Positions 1 through 11,248 of a stretch of DNA of 64,000 nucleotides are shown here, one piece after another. Positions within the stretch are counted from its first letter, which is position 1. Every line of letters starts with the position of its first letter. The position numbers and the translations under genes are program-made. The notes below the pieces were generated by a model. It had not been told where the DNA came from, did not search any database, and saw nothing but the letters and a program-made list of their open reading frames with translations. The stretch is from an uncultured virus (IMG/VR IMGVR_UViG_3300035208_003016). Lineage: Duplodnaviria; Heunggongvirae; Uroviricota; Caudoviricetes. The stretch is taken from the IMG/VR virus record IMGVR_UViG_3300035208_003016; one strand, given 5' to 3'.

Positions 1-110
1 CATTTTCAAATGATAATTAAACTGAAGATAATTTTAAAAAAGAACTTAAAAAACAATTTAGTGCTGGTGGTATTTCTGATTCATTTAATAAAACTTTATC
101 ATTACCCAAT

Positions 111-2987
111 TTGCGTAATATACAAAACTATTTATTTAATAAAATAGGTTATTATATAAGATTAAATTCTTTTATTGTTGAATATGGAAAAAGCAATTCT
201 ATAGGAAAAATTGATTTAACTAATCTTCCAGAACTTAGTTACTTAGATTTTTGGAATTTTCGATCAATTGAAGAAAATGATAGAAAAATTAAAATAATAA
301 AAGAGTTTTCAGAAAACCAAGATAATAAAAAAGATACAACAATTAAAATGTATCCAACATTTAAATTATTTTTTGTTGAAGAAGATAAAAATTTTATAAC
401 ACATAATTTTGATGATTATTATACACAGAATGCTATTCAATCTATTGAAATTGTAAGTAATAAAAATTCTGCAAGTAAAACCGCAAGAATTATTTTAAGT
501 AATGTTACTAATTCACTTACTGATAAAATGAGTCTTCTTAGAGAATCTGAAGATTTATTTGGTAATAGTATTGGTACTGATGTTAAAGCTAAAAACTTAT
601 TTCTAGGAACTCTAGATGTTAAACCTGGAACTCAAATAATTATTAAAATGGGATATGCTCCTTATGATAATCTATTAACTACTGTATTTCATGGAAGAAT
701 TATAGAGATGAATCCTGGAAGCATGGTGGAAATGATTTGTCAGGATTTTGCATCACAACTAAATCATAAAGTAGTATCAGAAAAATTTGGTGTTGCTTCT
801 ACTGTTAAAGATTATGGTGATATTGCTTCAGCTACTCTAGATATGATTCCTGGACTTGAAAAACTTGGTAAAGAATCTAAATTTAATATTATAAATACAG
901 ATAATTTTACTGGAAGAAATTTAAGAAATATTGGAAGTAATTTTGCTAATAGATATCTTATGAGTAATCTTTTTGGATCACTTTCAGCACTTAATGCTGC
1001 TAAAGATAATCCTAGAGATGAAAACATATATTTAAACTATAGTGCTGTAAATACTGTATATCATAAACCAACGTTTGACTGGATTATATATGATCAGACA
1101 GTCTGGAGTGTATTACAAGAATTATGTTTATATAATAGAGACAAAATTGCGACAATTAGGACATATAATGAAGATCCAATGTCTAGTAATAATAATCTAC
1201 GAGAAACAATAGTAGTTGGTGATAAAGCTGGTTATTATAAATGTACAGATTCTTTTGCATTATCTTCTTTAAATATTAAAGAACTTGATGCATTTGCTTC
1301 TGAATGGGATACTATTAAAAATTTAATTTTAAATAATAAATATAATTCTGCATATTGGGAAGTTACTAGAGAAGTAGCAAGTCTTAATGAAGGTGAAGTG
1401 TTTATATATAGACGTCTTAATAAATCTGGTGTTCAGTTATATTCTTTTCTACAGAATAAATTAAATTCTCTTGTACTTATTGCTCATCTTTTAGATACTT
1501 ATAAATTAAATAGTAGTCAGTATGTATTTGATCAACTTCTTACATCTCTTACTGAAAATAAGTTTTTTAAAGATGATTTTAAAGAAATGATATATAATAT
1601 TTATAATTTTAATAAAAATTATTTTATTAATACTGATCAATTAAATTCTACTATATTTGAGAGTTCTACAAAACAAGTTATTAACTTTGAAAAGATTATT
1701 ACTGATCTTAGAAAATATATTAAAGATGTACAATTTGTAAAAGAATCATATTATAATGTAAAAGATACATCTTCCAATATTGATCAAAAATATCTTAATG
1801 ATCCTCAGTATAAAAAGATTCAAAAACATCATCTTATAACAGATAGTTCAGATATTATATCAAATAACATTTCTCTTAATTCTTCATTTTCTAATGTTGT
1901 TAATGTTTATTATACCAATGAACCAAATATAAATACTGCATCGTTAGATAGTATTAGTCCTGATAAAATAAAAACAAGTGTTAATATGTGGAGTGTTAAA
2001 GCTTTTGGTGATCAGAAAGATGAGTTCTCTAGAATATTAAATAGTTATCAAAAGAATATAGATACAAATTGGTTTGATGTTTCTAATACTCTTGCTAGTT
2101 TTTATGGTAAATTTCAAAGAATTAAAGGACAAGAATCTTTAAAAAAATATAAAAATTTACAAAATTTTGAATTACCAAGATGGGATTTATTTCCATCATT
2201 TGTTCTTGTAGGTGTAAGATTACTTCAAAAAGAAGTTGAAAGGATGTATCAAGGTACAATTGAAATTGTTGGTAATCCTAAAATACAACCTTATGATATT
2301 ATACATTTACAAGATTACACAAATGATATGCATGGTGTTGTAGAAGTTGAAGAAGTCATTCATTCTTTTACTCCTGAACGAGGATATAGAACTATAATTA
2401 CTCCTAATCTTATAACTTATGATAGAGATCCTATACAACTTCAAGATATTCAAATTATTAATCAAATATATGATTTTTCTAATGTGAGAAGAAATGTTGC
2501 TCATGTTGCTAATATTGCTACTGCTGGTATGTTTAGTATTGTTTCAATGCTAGGACTTGCTGCAGGTGGTATTGGTGGGACAGTCACAGCAATTGGTGCA
2601 GGATTACCAGCATTAGGATTTTTATATAATGGAACAGTTGGAGCAGTTGTTAAACAACAGAAGTTTTTGTATGATCAATTAGGACATATTCTTGGAAGAG
2701 ATTGTATTAATTTTACTTCTTTATTATATCATGGAATGCCATTTATGACTGGATTTGATGGTGTTGATTATACTAATTTAAAAACTTTAATGAATCATAA
2801 AGTTGCTGATATTAAAAATCCAATTAATCGATTTTTATCTTTTGGAGATACTTTTGATGCTAATATTATCACTAACTGGAATCCTGAAGAATATGGAATT
2901 CTTCAATCTATATTTGGAAAGTTACCTATTACTAGCGATATTGCTAGTTATCAAAATTCAGGTTTAAAGACGGGATTTACTGAGTAA
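111..2987 (+). CDS. Baseplate hub / late-control-D-like tail protein (probably 5'-incomplete)
   Basis: Hub-type C-terminal motif GTIEIVGNPKIQPYDIIHL...VEVEEVIHSFTPERGYRTIITP and IKMGY...VFHGRIIEM. Lies directly upstream of spike, gp25-like and J-like genes. Start is TTG with no clear RBS. Confidence 0.7.
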   Translation: MRNIQNYLFNKIGYYIRLNSFIVEYGKSNSIGKIDLTNLPELSYLDFWNFRSIEENDRKIKIIKEFSENQDNKKDTTIKMYPTFKLFFVEEDKNFITHNFDDYYTQNAIQSIEIVSNKNSASKTARIILSNVTNSLTDKMSLLRESEDLFGNSIGTDVKAKNLFLGTLDVKPGTQIIIKMGYAPYDNLLTTVFHGRIIEMNPGSMVEMICQDFASQLNHKVVSEKFGVASTVKDYGDIASATLDMIPGLEKLGKESKFNIINTDNFTGRNLRNIGSNFANRYLMSNLFGSLSALNAAKDNPRDENIYLNYSAVNTVYHKPTFDWIIYDQTVWSVLQELCLYNRDKIATIRTYNEDPMSSNNNLRETIVVGDKAGYYKCTDSFALSSLNIKELDAFASEWDTIKNLILNNKYNSAYWEVTREVASLNEGEVFIYRRLNKSGVQLYSFLQNKLNSLVLIAHLLDTYKLNSSQYVFDQLLTSLTENKFFKDDFKEMIYNIYNFNKNYFINTDQLNSTIFESSTKQVINFEKIITDLRKYIKDVQFVKESYYNVKDTSSNIDQKYLNDPQYKKIQKHHLITDSSDIISNNISLNSSFSNVVNVYYTNEPNINTASLDSISPDKIKTSVNMWSVKAFGDQKDEFSRILNSYQKNIDTNWFDVSNTLASFYGKFQRIKGQESLKKYKNLQNFELPRWDLFPSFVLVGVRLLQKEVERMYQGTIEIVGNPKIQPYDIIHLQDYTNDMHGVVEVEEVIHSFTPERGYRTIITPNLITYDRDPIQLQDIQIINQIYDFSNVRRNVAHVANIATAGMFSIVSMLGLAAGGIGGTVTAIGAGLPALGFLYNGTVGAVVKQQKFLYDQLGHILGRDCINFTSLLYHGMPFMTGFDGVDYTNLKTLMNHKVADIKNPINRFLSFGDTFDANIITNWNPEEYGILQSIFGKLPITSDIASYQNSGLKTGFTE

Positions 2988-3760
2988 TGTTTGATCTAGA
3001 AACAAAATATCAACTTAAAGCATTTGTTGGAACTATTGCTGGACTTAATTATTTTAATGATACTCATAAGATTATTAGATTAGAATTTAATAATAAATTT
3101 TATGATTTTAAATTTATAAGTTCAAATGAAGTTCCTAATCCTTCTAAACATTTAGCTATCGTTATAACAAGTGAAGAATTTTTATCTGATAATGCGTCTA
3201 TATCTGAAGAAAGATTAAATTATTTACCAGGAATAGTTGATAAATTTGGAAATATTGGTGATCTTCCATTAGGATTTGTTTATATAATTAATAAAAAACA
3301 AACTGTATCTGTTACTAATCCTAATAGTGGTGGAGCTGGATTTGCTATAAATAATACAAATATGTTTGATTATGATAAGATTGCAGTTTCAATCTCACCC
3401 CCTTTAGACAATGACTATACTAATACTGAAAAAGATGATAATAAACTTAATAAAAATGTTGGTATTTTTATAAATCATGATGGAACTATACTTGTTAAAT
3501 CCAAAGGTGGATCAATAACTCTTGGTGAAGAAGGAATATATTTAGCTGGTAATATAGCTTGGGAATCTTCTGAACATCAAAGAGAATGGATGATGGATAA
3601 TGGATTTCATAGATTTATACCATCAACAATGGTTTCTTTTGCTTTAGCATTACCTGAATTTCCGAATTTAACTACTTTTGCTAATATTGGAAATGCTGCT
3701 CAAAAAGTATTAAGTATTGTTAAAAAAGTTAGTAATATATCAAAAATTGTAGGTAAATAA
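2987..3760 (+). CDS. Putative baseplate spike (gpV/gp5-like)
   Basis: Position between hub and gp25-like gene; beta-strand run VGIFINHDGTILVKSKGGSITLGEEGIYL; TAATG coupling. Confidence 0.5.
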   Translation: MFDLETKYQLKAFVGTIAGLNYFNDTHKIIRLEFNNKFYDFKFISSNEVPNPSKHLAIVITSEEFLSDNASISEERLNYLPGIVDKFGNIGDLPLGFVYIINKKQTVSVTNPNSGGAGFAINNTNMFDYDKIAVSISPPLDNDYTNTEKDDNKLNKNVGIFINHDGTILVKSKGGSITLGEEGIYLAGNIAWESSEHQREWMMDNGFHRFIPSTMVSFALALPEFPNLTTFANIGNAAQKVLSIVKKVSNISKIVGK

Positions 3761-4287
3761 TGGCTGAATTTTTTGAAGGAATGAGAGATATTAGATTAAA
3801 TTATGATCTAGATATTAACTTTAAAAACGGTGACTTATTAACTACTACTGGAATTGATTATATTCAAATTGAGATATATAAATTACTTATTACTGAACCT
3901 GGAGATTGGAAAGCTTCTCCTAAACTTGGGTGTACTCCAAATATTTTTACTGGAGCACAAAATACTAAAGACACTGGTAAAAAAATAGAAAATTATCTTA
4001 AAGAAGGTTTAAAAGATACTGTTTTTCCAAGTCAAGTTAATGTAAGAGTTGTACCTACTAATTATACAAATATAATGATATTTATTGATATACTATTACA
4101 AAATTTTGAAATTGATTCTATTCCTTTCGAATTTGATTTTATTAATGGAATTAAAAAATTTAATAAATTAGATTATGTTGTTAATAAACCAAAATCATCA
4201 ATCGAATATAAAATAAATAATATATCAAATATTAAACGACCAAATAAATATTTACAACGATTACGAGAAGATACTTTAAGTTTGTAA
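3760..4287 (+). CDS. gp25/gpW-like baseplate wedge (sheath initiator)
   Basis: NGDLLTTTGIDYIQIEIYKLLITEPGDWKASPKLG matches the gp25-like pattern; sits upstream of baseplate J. Confidence 0.75.
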   Translation: MAEFFEGMRDIRLNYDLDINFKNGDLLTTTGIDYIQIEIYKLLITEPGDWKASPKLGCTPNIFTGAQNTKDTGKKIENYLKEGLKDTVFPSQVNVRVVPTNYTNIMIFIDILLQNFEIDSIPFEFDFINGIKKFNKLDYVVNKPKSSIEYKINNISNIKRPNKYLQRLREDTLSL

Positions 4288-4297
4288 TGGAGAAATA

Positions 4298-5551
4298 ATG
4301 GCTACACGACGATCATATATAAATATTGTTGAAGATGGAAGAACTCGATTAGAACAAAATAGTCCTGTTAATAATTTTAATCAACAAGGAATTTCAAAAG
4401 CATTTCTAGATATTCTTGGTGTTGAAGTTGAAAAACAATATGATAATCTAGAGTATGTTTATAGGGCAATTGATCCAACAAAAGCTACTGGAAGTGATCT
4501 AGAAAAAATAGGATATCTTGTTGGAGAATATAGGACTGAAGCAGTTACACCATCTGATTATTCTACTACAAACTTTTATTTTTATATCGATCCTAAAATT
4601 AATATGAGTTTATCTTCAATGATAAAACGAAGTTATACATATGAAGAAAGAAATACTCTTGTTTCTAATGGTTTTTTAACTAATGACATATATGGAGAAC
4701 CACAAAATTTAATTATACCAATTGATACAGTTGTTCAAAATTTTGATGGAACAATATCTTATACAACTATTAATTCTGTTATTTTAAATAATACTGATAG
4801 TTATGTTGGAATAATTGCTACAAATACTGGACCAAGTTATAATGTAGAAACTAATACACTTATTGCTCATACACTTCATCAAATTCCAGAACTTAGAAAA
4901 ATTTCACAATATATTAAATGTTCAAATAGATTTCCAATTCAAAATGGAAAATATTCAATAAATGATGATGAATTAAGATATAAAATTTCTACTTCTAGAA
5001 GTTCAATTAGATCAAATGAATTATCAATACGTAGATCAGCATTAAGTGTTCCTGGTGTTAGAGATATTCTTTTTGAAAAAAATAAATATGGTGCTGGTAC
5101 TGTTAATATAATTATTGATGGAGTATCACCACTAATTTCTCAAGGGCTTATAGATGCTGTTAAAGAAAAAGTTCAACAAGAACAATCATATGGTGATACA
5201 ATATATGTTAATAGACCAGAATATATTGGAATAGAATTAGATATTGGTATTGTAATTACTTTAGGTACTATAGATGAATTAAGTGTTAAACAACTTGTTA
5301 AAAGTTCAATTATTCAATATATTAATGATCTTCCTATTGGTGGAGAAATTATTTGGAATAGAATAATAGATGTTGTAATGGATGTTTCTGGAGTTGAAGA
5401 TATTGTACCAAGAACATTTAAATTAGGTGAGTACGATATTTTCCATAAACTTATTAAAAATCAAATAATACTACAATTTCAAAATCAAAAAGCCAGTCTA
5501 ACACAAAAGTTTTTTTGTGATTATGGACTTTGTAATATATGTATAGTATAA
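4298..5551 (+). CDS. Baseplate J-like protein
   Basis: DPTKATGSDLEKIG, ATNTGPSYNV, DDELRYKI, ALSVPGVRD, GAGTVNIII and IIQYINDLPIGG are typical baseplate-J motifs; GGAG RBS. Confidence 0.9.
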   Translation: MATRRSYINIVEDGRTRLEQNSPVNNFNQQGISKAFLDILGVEVEKQYDNLEYVYRAIDPTKATGSDLEKIGYLVGEYRTEAVTPSDYSTTNFYFYIDPKINMSLSSMIKRSYTYEERNTLVSNGFLTNDIYGEPQNLIIPIDTVVQNFDGTISYTTINSVILNNTDSYVGIIATNTGPSYNVETNTLIAHTLHQIPELRKISQYIKCSNRFPIQNGKYSINDDELRYKISTSRSSIRSNELSIRRSALSVPGVRDILFEKNKYGAGTVNIIIDGVSPLISQGLIDAVKEKVQQEQSYGDTIYVNRPEYIGIELDIGIVITLGTIDELSVKQLVKSSIIQYINDLPIGGEIIWNRIIDVVMDVSGVEDIVPRTFKLGEYDIFHKLIKNQIILQFQNQKASLTQKFFCDYGLCNICIV

Positions 5552-5552
5552 T

Positions 5553-7826
5553 ATGAATACAAAATTACCATCTCAAGCTAAATCAACTGAACGATTACTT
5601 AGATCTGTTTTACCAGAACATTTTAAAATGGTATCTGATAAAAATTCTAATGGATATAAGTATGTTAATCTTTTATATGGTATTGAATGTGATAATATTT
5701 TAGATTCTATACGGGAAGTTTATAATGAATCTTTTATTACTTCTTTTGATTTAAGTAAAGATTATGAATTATATGAAGCTAATTTATCTGGAGTTCCAAC
5801 TACTTCTTATTTAAATTCAAGTGGATTATTTCCAATTAAAATTACAAATGAATATGAATTTTATAATGGTGATCCAACTAGAATCATTCCTAATGGAACT
5901 TTAGAACTTCCAATGTATTATTTATCTTATACTGGAGTTCTTCAAGCAAGTGGTGAATTTAAAAATGGTTTTGATATAGGATTTAATGAACCATGTTGGT
6001 CTCAAATATCTGGAATAATTGGATTAGAATATATAAGAAAAGATATGAGAGGTTCTGGATATTTAATTATAACTTCAGATATAGATCAAACTTCTGGATT
6101 TTTTAATAATATGTATCCAGTGTTTTCAATTGATGTTGGAAATAATTTAAAAACAAGTGGAGATTTTGTAAATACTTATGGAATATTTAATGGGGTTAAG
6201 GAACAAAACTTTTCTGGAAGTTTAACTAATGAAATATTATATCCAATAGATTCAAAAACACTTTTAGAAAGATATCCATTATATAGAGAAGTTCTAGATG
6301 ATAGTGGAATTTTACGTACTATAGATCATTATGAACCGTATCATGGATGGACTAAAAATGCTAATGGTCAAATTATTGCTGTAGTTGATTATTCTGGTGA
6401 ATATTATTATGATAATTCAGGTGAAAAAATATATTATAAGACATCATATAATAATCCATATGGATATAATAATTATACAAAAGCTTATTTAGATTTAAAA
6501 TATATACCAATAAGTGGAACACTTAAAGTTTATGATATAGATATTTTAGATACAAGTGGTAATGCAACTGAAATACCTTATAGTGGCAAAAACTTATATT
6601 ATTATAAATCTCCTAAAATGTTTTTAGGTAATACTTCTGGTGAATTAGATGCTCAATTTGATCCAATATACCTTGGTTACGAATCAATTGTTCCAAGTGG
6701 AATGGGTTTTAGTTCAAATATGGAAGGTTCTGGATGTTCATTATATAAAGTTACTACTTGGAATTATTTACATGAAAGTGGTAAATTAGATGAAGGTTCA
6801 TTAAGTTATATAGATGGTACTGAAAATATTACAAATAGAATTAGTTTATCTGGATATCATAGTAGATATATGGTTGAGTATAAATATAAAATATATGATA
6901 ATGATAGATATGTATCTTCTTTAAATTCAAATGGTTCTATTTCTTTTCATACACCAAGTCCAATAATTACTAATTATAAAAATAATGATTATGTTTTAAT
7001 TGATTATGACTTTACTAAAAATCCTGATTATAAAAATGAAAATTCTAAAATAATAACTTTTGATGGATTAAAATATAGACCAGGATGTAGAATTAATAAA
7101 ATATCTTTTGATATTCCATTTCTTTTTAATGAAAATGAAATTACTGAAAATTTATATATTAATACAAATAAAGAATATGCAGGATATTCTAATGAATTTA
7201 TTCCACAATTTAATGATTTAAGATATTATGTTTTAAATTGTTTATTTTCATCGGACGTGTCTGGAAATTTAATTGAAACTGATTTAACTAATACTGGAAA
7301 CGATTTGACTTATAGTGGTAATAATAATATATTTAAGATTAATTATAATACATTTTTTGGTAAAAAAATTATAAATACTGGTAATGAGTCTTATTTTTAT
7401 AAAGACAATTATAGTTTTCTTAATATAAATACTTTTTTTAAATTTGATTTTAGATTAAATACAATACAAAATGGAAGATTATTAGAAATCTATGATGTTA
7501 TTACTTCTACATATATATTTTTAGATATAGATCAATCTGGTAGATTAATTATATATTCTAATAATAAAATATTTTATTCAACAAGTAATTTAATATCAAA
7601 TTTTAATTATAAAAGTTTAATATTAAAATATTCTCCAGATGAGTTTTCATCAAGTATACCAACTTTTAAAATATATTTTAAAGATAGTGAGCAACTTGGT
7701 TATTCAATTATAAATTTAAGTGAAAGTTCTGATAGTAATATTAATTTAATTGATCATACATCATTAAAAGTTTTTAAAAATATGAGTATTGATATTGGTG
7801 GTTTTTCTGTATTTTATGAGGATTAA
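5553..7826 (+). CDS. Baseplate wedge/virion protein, possible C-terminal LamG-like domain; SG-rich
   Basis: Follows J; N-terminus LLRSVLPEHF resembles gpI-type starts; 22 SG dipeptides. Confidence 0.5.
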   Translation: MNTKLPSQAKSTERLLRSVLPEHFKMVSDKNSNGYKYVNLLYGIECDNILDSIREVYNESFITSFDLSKDYELYEANLSGVPTTSYLNSSGLFPIKITNEYEFYNGDPTRIIPNGTLELPMYYLSYTGVLQASGEFKNGFDIGFNEPCWSQISGIIGLEYIRKDMRGSGYLIITSDIDQTSGFFNNMYPVFSIDVGNNLKTSGDFVNTYGIFNGVKEQNFSGSLTNEILYPIDSKTLLERYPLYREVLDDSGILRTIDHYEPYHGWTKNANGQIIAVVDYSGEYYYDNSGEKIYYKTSYNNPYGYNNYTKAYLDLKYIPISGTLKVYDIDILDTSGNATEIPYSGKNLYYYKSPKMFLGNTSGELDAQFDPIYLGYESIVPSGMGFSSNMEGSGCSLYKVTTWNYLHESGKLDEGSLSYIDGTENITNRISLSGYHSRYMVEYKYKIYDNDRYVSSLNSNGSISFHTPSPIITNYKNNDYVLIDYDFTKNPDYKNENSKIITFDGLKYRPGCRINKISFDIPFLFNENEITENLYINTNKEYAGYSNEFIPQFNDLRYYVLNCLFSSDVSGNLIETDLTNTGNDLTYSGNNNIFKINYNTFFGKKIINTGNESYFYKDNYSFLNINTFFKFDFRLNTIQNGRLLEIYDVITSTYIFLDIDQSGRLIIYSNNKIFYSTSNLISNFNYKSLILKYSPDEFSSSIPTFKIYFKDSEQLGYSIINLSESSDSNINLIDHTSLKVFKNMSIDIGGFSVFYED

Positions 7827-7828
7827 TA

Positions 7829-9913
7829 ATGTTAATTAAAAATGTTAAATATGATGGTTCTGGAGATTATACAGATATAACAACTGCTTTCAATGATATG
7901 TTAATTAGTGGTGTGGCTGCTACAGGATTAATATCTGATTATTTAATGTTAGTTGATGGTGGTACATATAGTGGTACATTAAGTGGTTTTATACCATATA
8001 GTGGAAAATTCAATATTATTGGTAGTGGGACATTATTTAATTTAACATCATCAATATCTAATATTAGTGGAACTTATCAATCTTATTTTGCATCAAATTT
8101 ATATATTGAAAATTTTATATTTAATTGTTCTGGAATTAATAATTATTCTTTTCAAATTCCATCAGGATTTGGATTAGCATTAAAAAATTCTCAATTTATT
8201 AATACTTTTAGTGGAATATATAATTCTGGTGTTGTAGTATTAGATAACGTATCTAGTTGTGGAATTTCTGGATCAGATATATTTATATATAGTCCTAATG
8301 GATTTGAACAAATTATTAATTCAGATATATCTAGATATCATACGGCTATTAATAGTTATAATATTAATATTAAAAATTCGAATATTCATCATAATAATAG
8401 TGGAATTTATTGTAATAATTTATTTGATATTTATTTATATAAAAGTTTATTATATTCAAATATTTGTGATATTAGAATTGGATCTGGTAATTGTTATATA
8501 GATAATTCGACTATAAGTGGAAATATATATACTTCTGGAACTAGTATTTATGTTAATTCTTCTATTATTAATGGAATAAATAATATTAGTGGAATTGTAA
8601 CTTCTGGATCTACTTTATACAATTCAAATTTATATAATTCAAATTTAAATACTTTATTAACAGTTAGTGGAAATAAATATGGTGATCCTAAATTTAATAA
8701 TATTTCTATTGGAGATTATAGATTAAAATTTAAACAAACTGAAGGTTCTCAAGCTATAGAAATTAAATCAAATTCTAATTATTCTGATTCAATTAATTTT
8801 ATAGTTGATCATAGTAAATTACAAATATATGATAGTAATGGAATATTTACAAATAATGAATTTTTACCATATATATATACTCAAGATTCAAGTATAATAT
8901 TTAGTGATTATAATAGAGAAATTAAATTTTCTGAATTAAAAAATTTGTATAAAAAATTATATTATAAATTATATATTAATCTACAATTTGAAGAATATAA
9001 TATTTTAACAGATTCAACTTTTAATTTAAATCAAAATGAATATGATAAACATCCTTGGGATTGGGATTATAATGAAATTCAAACAACTCAAATAATTGAT
9101 AATAATATGTATATTATTCCAAGATCTTTTATAGATATTGAAAATATAATTTTAAATAAAATACCAATATTACCAACTAATATATCATTTTCAAATATAA
9201 TTAAAGATAATATTAAATGTTATATAGTTCCAGATCTACGTGGAGTTTCTTATGATTATAGTTTATCTTCTCCTGGAAATACAATTGTTTGGATGATAGA
9301 TGGATTAAATCAGTCTTTAATTAAAAAAGATGCATATTCTGATGAGTATCTAGAAAATTATCCATTACTTTGTTATAATCCTACAAAATCTATAATTAGA
9401 CCATCTGGATTAATTTATACTGGAGTTGATGGAGATTATTATACATTTATTAAATATGATAATCCAAATTTTAAACTTAAAGGTTTAAGTGAACTTGGTG
9501 ATTTTCAATGGATTGCTACTGATATTAATCAAAATTTTGATATACGAGGAATTAAAGTTTATAAAAATAATTTGTTTATAACTGCTGGAAAGTATCCTAT
9601 TAATATAACTAATAGATTAATTATTCCAAGTGGTGAGCCAGTTGGACAATTATTATGGTATAATAATAATGATTTGTTTTTTAATTATATTAAATCTATT
9701 GATAATATTAATAATACCACATTAGCTTCTGGAAATTATTATCCGACTGATCTTACTTTTTACGAAGATGGTACTTTAATGATAGCTGATTATTATAATC
9801 AAAGTGGATTATATAAATATAATCTAGCATATGATTATTGCATGATAAATTCTACTTATGATAATGAAACAAAAGTTATTTTAAGAGAATATTATGATAA
9901 CGTTGAAATATAA
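7829..9913 (+). CDS. Virion protein with N-terminal beta-helix-like region and propeller-like C-terminus; SG-rich
   Basis: DGSGDYTDITTA...LVDGGTY start, Asn/Ile beta-helix-like repeats, GDPKF...GDYRLK cap, YPTDLTFYEDGTLMIADY blade-like motif. Confidence 0.55.
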   Translation: MLIKNVKYDGSGDYTDITTAFNDMLISGVAATGLISDYLMLVDGGTYSGTLSGFIPYSGKFNIIGSGTLFNLTSSISNISGTYQSYFASNLYIENFIFNCSGINNYSFQIPSGFGLALKNSQFINTFSGIYNSGVVVLDNVSSCGISGSDIFIYSPNGFEQIINSDISRYHTAINSYNINIKNSNIHHNNSGIYCNNLFDIYLYKSLLYSNICDIRIGSGNCYIDNSTISGNIYTSGTSIYVNSSIINGINNISGIVTSGSTLYNSNLYNSNLNTLLTVSGNKYGDPKFNNISIGDYRLKFKQTEGSQAIEIKSNSNYSDSINFIVDHSKLQIYDSNGIFTNNEFLPYIYTQDSSIIFSDYNREIKFSELKNLYKKLYYKLYINLQFEEYNILTDSTFNLNQNEYDKHPWDWDYNEIQTTQIIDNNMYIIPRSFIDIENIILNKIPILPTNISFSNIIKDNIKCYIVPDLRGVSYDYSLSSPGNTIVWMIDGLNQSLIKKDAYSDEYLENYPLLCYNPTKSIIRPSGLIYTGVDGDYYTFIKYDNPNFKLKGLSELGDFQWIATDINQNFDIRGIKVYKNNLFITAGKYPINITNRLIIPSGEPVGQLLWYNNNDLFFNYIKSIDNINNTTLASGNYYPTDLTFYEDGTLMIADYYNQSGLYKYNLAYDYCMINSTYDNETKVILREYYDNVEI

Positions 9914-9925
9914 AAGGAATTAAAT

Positions 9926-11248
9926 ATGTCTTATCCTTATGATTTACCTAGTTTAAGTATGTCTACAACATGGATCAGTGGTAACTTCAAGCCTACTGAT
10001 GTTACTAAAAAAATAATTAATAATTTTACTCCAGTAAATAAATTATCTATGACTAATTCTGTTGGTAATGAAATATCTCTTATACAAAATTATATTAATT
10101 CTAAATTTTTAGGAAGAGATGAACTTCCTATACAATCAGGATATATAACTCAATTAAAATCTAATAGTGGTTATTATTATATTTATAATAGTGGATCTTA
10201 TGATGTTGATAATAGTATTACTATTAATCCATCTAGTATAATATTATATCATGAAGCTCTAGATCCTTATAATATAACTGAAATAATCAGACCAACTGGA
10301 GTTTATATTAAAGCCATTAATGGATTTTATGAAACTAATCGTAGAATAATAGATTTTAATTTAAACAAATTATATATGCATGGTGTAGATCCATCTACAT
10401 TACCTGAAGGTTCTATTTCATGGGATACTAATTTTATACCATATTCAGGATTAAATATTAATAGAACAGATTTAGATATTGATGCTTGTACAAGAATGTT
10501 AGATGTAAGTATTAGTGGTATTAAATGGGGTTATACAAGTTATGATGGATTAACATCTAATGTTACAAAACTTGATGTAAATTCTAGTGGTAATATTATA
10601 GTATTTCCTAGTGGTCAATTTGTAATTAGTTCAGGTGTTCCTTATGTTGATTGTGGTTTAACAGTAGGTAATATTAATGGTGGTGGTAATGTTTTTATAC
10701 AAACTAAAAGTGGTGGTGGAGTTTTTATTGGTGGATTAAATAATATTGATTCAATAATATCTTATGCAACTAATAGATTATTATTACAATGTGGTTCTTC
10801 AGATATTAAATTATATTCAACTGTTCCTAAAGTAGCAATTACTGGAGATACAATTATTGATAATCATACTTTAGTTGTTAGTTCAGGTCAAGCATATACA
10901 GATTGTGGAATAACTATTGGTAATGATAATTATAGTGGAAATATGTTTATAAGAACAAGTGCTGGTGGTGGTATTCTATTAAAAGGTGATAATGGAATGA
11001 TTGATAGATTACAAACATTTGGTACAAGTACAGTTATAGAAAATCAAGGTGGCGTAGTTAATGGATCAATAACAATAGATACTAGTCCTGAAAATAGTGG
11101 AATTGTATTTGTTACTGGAGATTCAACTATAACTATTCCAGGATCAGGAACTATAACATTACCAGTAAATGCAACAGATCCTACATCTAGTTATGCTTTA
11201 ACAAATGCTATTAAAGATGTTTTAATTAAAATTGGATTTTGTTCATGA
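9926..11248 (+). CDS. Tail fibre-like protein with internal repeat
   Basis: Gly-rich beta repeats; duplicated unit VISSGVPYVDCGLTVGN..GNVFIQTKSGGG / VVSSGQAYTDCGITIGN..GNMFIRTSAGGG; AAGGA RBS. Confidence 0.55.
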   Translation: MSYPYDLPSLSMSTTWISGNFKPTDVTKKIINNFTPVNKLSMTNSVGNEISLIQNYINSKFLGRDELPIQSGYITQLKSNSGYYYIYNSGSYDVDNSITINPSSIILYHEALDPYNITEIIRPTGVYIKAINGFYETNRRIIDFNLNKLYMHGVDPSTLPEGSISWDTNFIPYSGLNINRTDLDIDACTRMLDVSISGIKWGYTSYDGLTSNVTKLDVNSSGNIIVFPSGQFVISSGVPYVDCGLTVGNINGGGNVFIQTKSGGGVFIGGLNNIDSIISYATNRLLLQCGSSDIKLYSTVPKVAITGDTIIDNHTLVVSSGQAYTDCGITIGNDNYSGNMFIRTSAGGGILLKGDNGMIDRLQTFGTSTVIENQGGVVNGSITIDTSPENSGIVFVTGDSTITIPGSGTITLPVNATDPTSSYALTNAIKDVLIKIGFCS

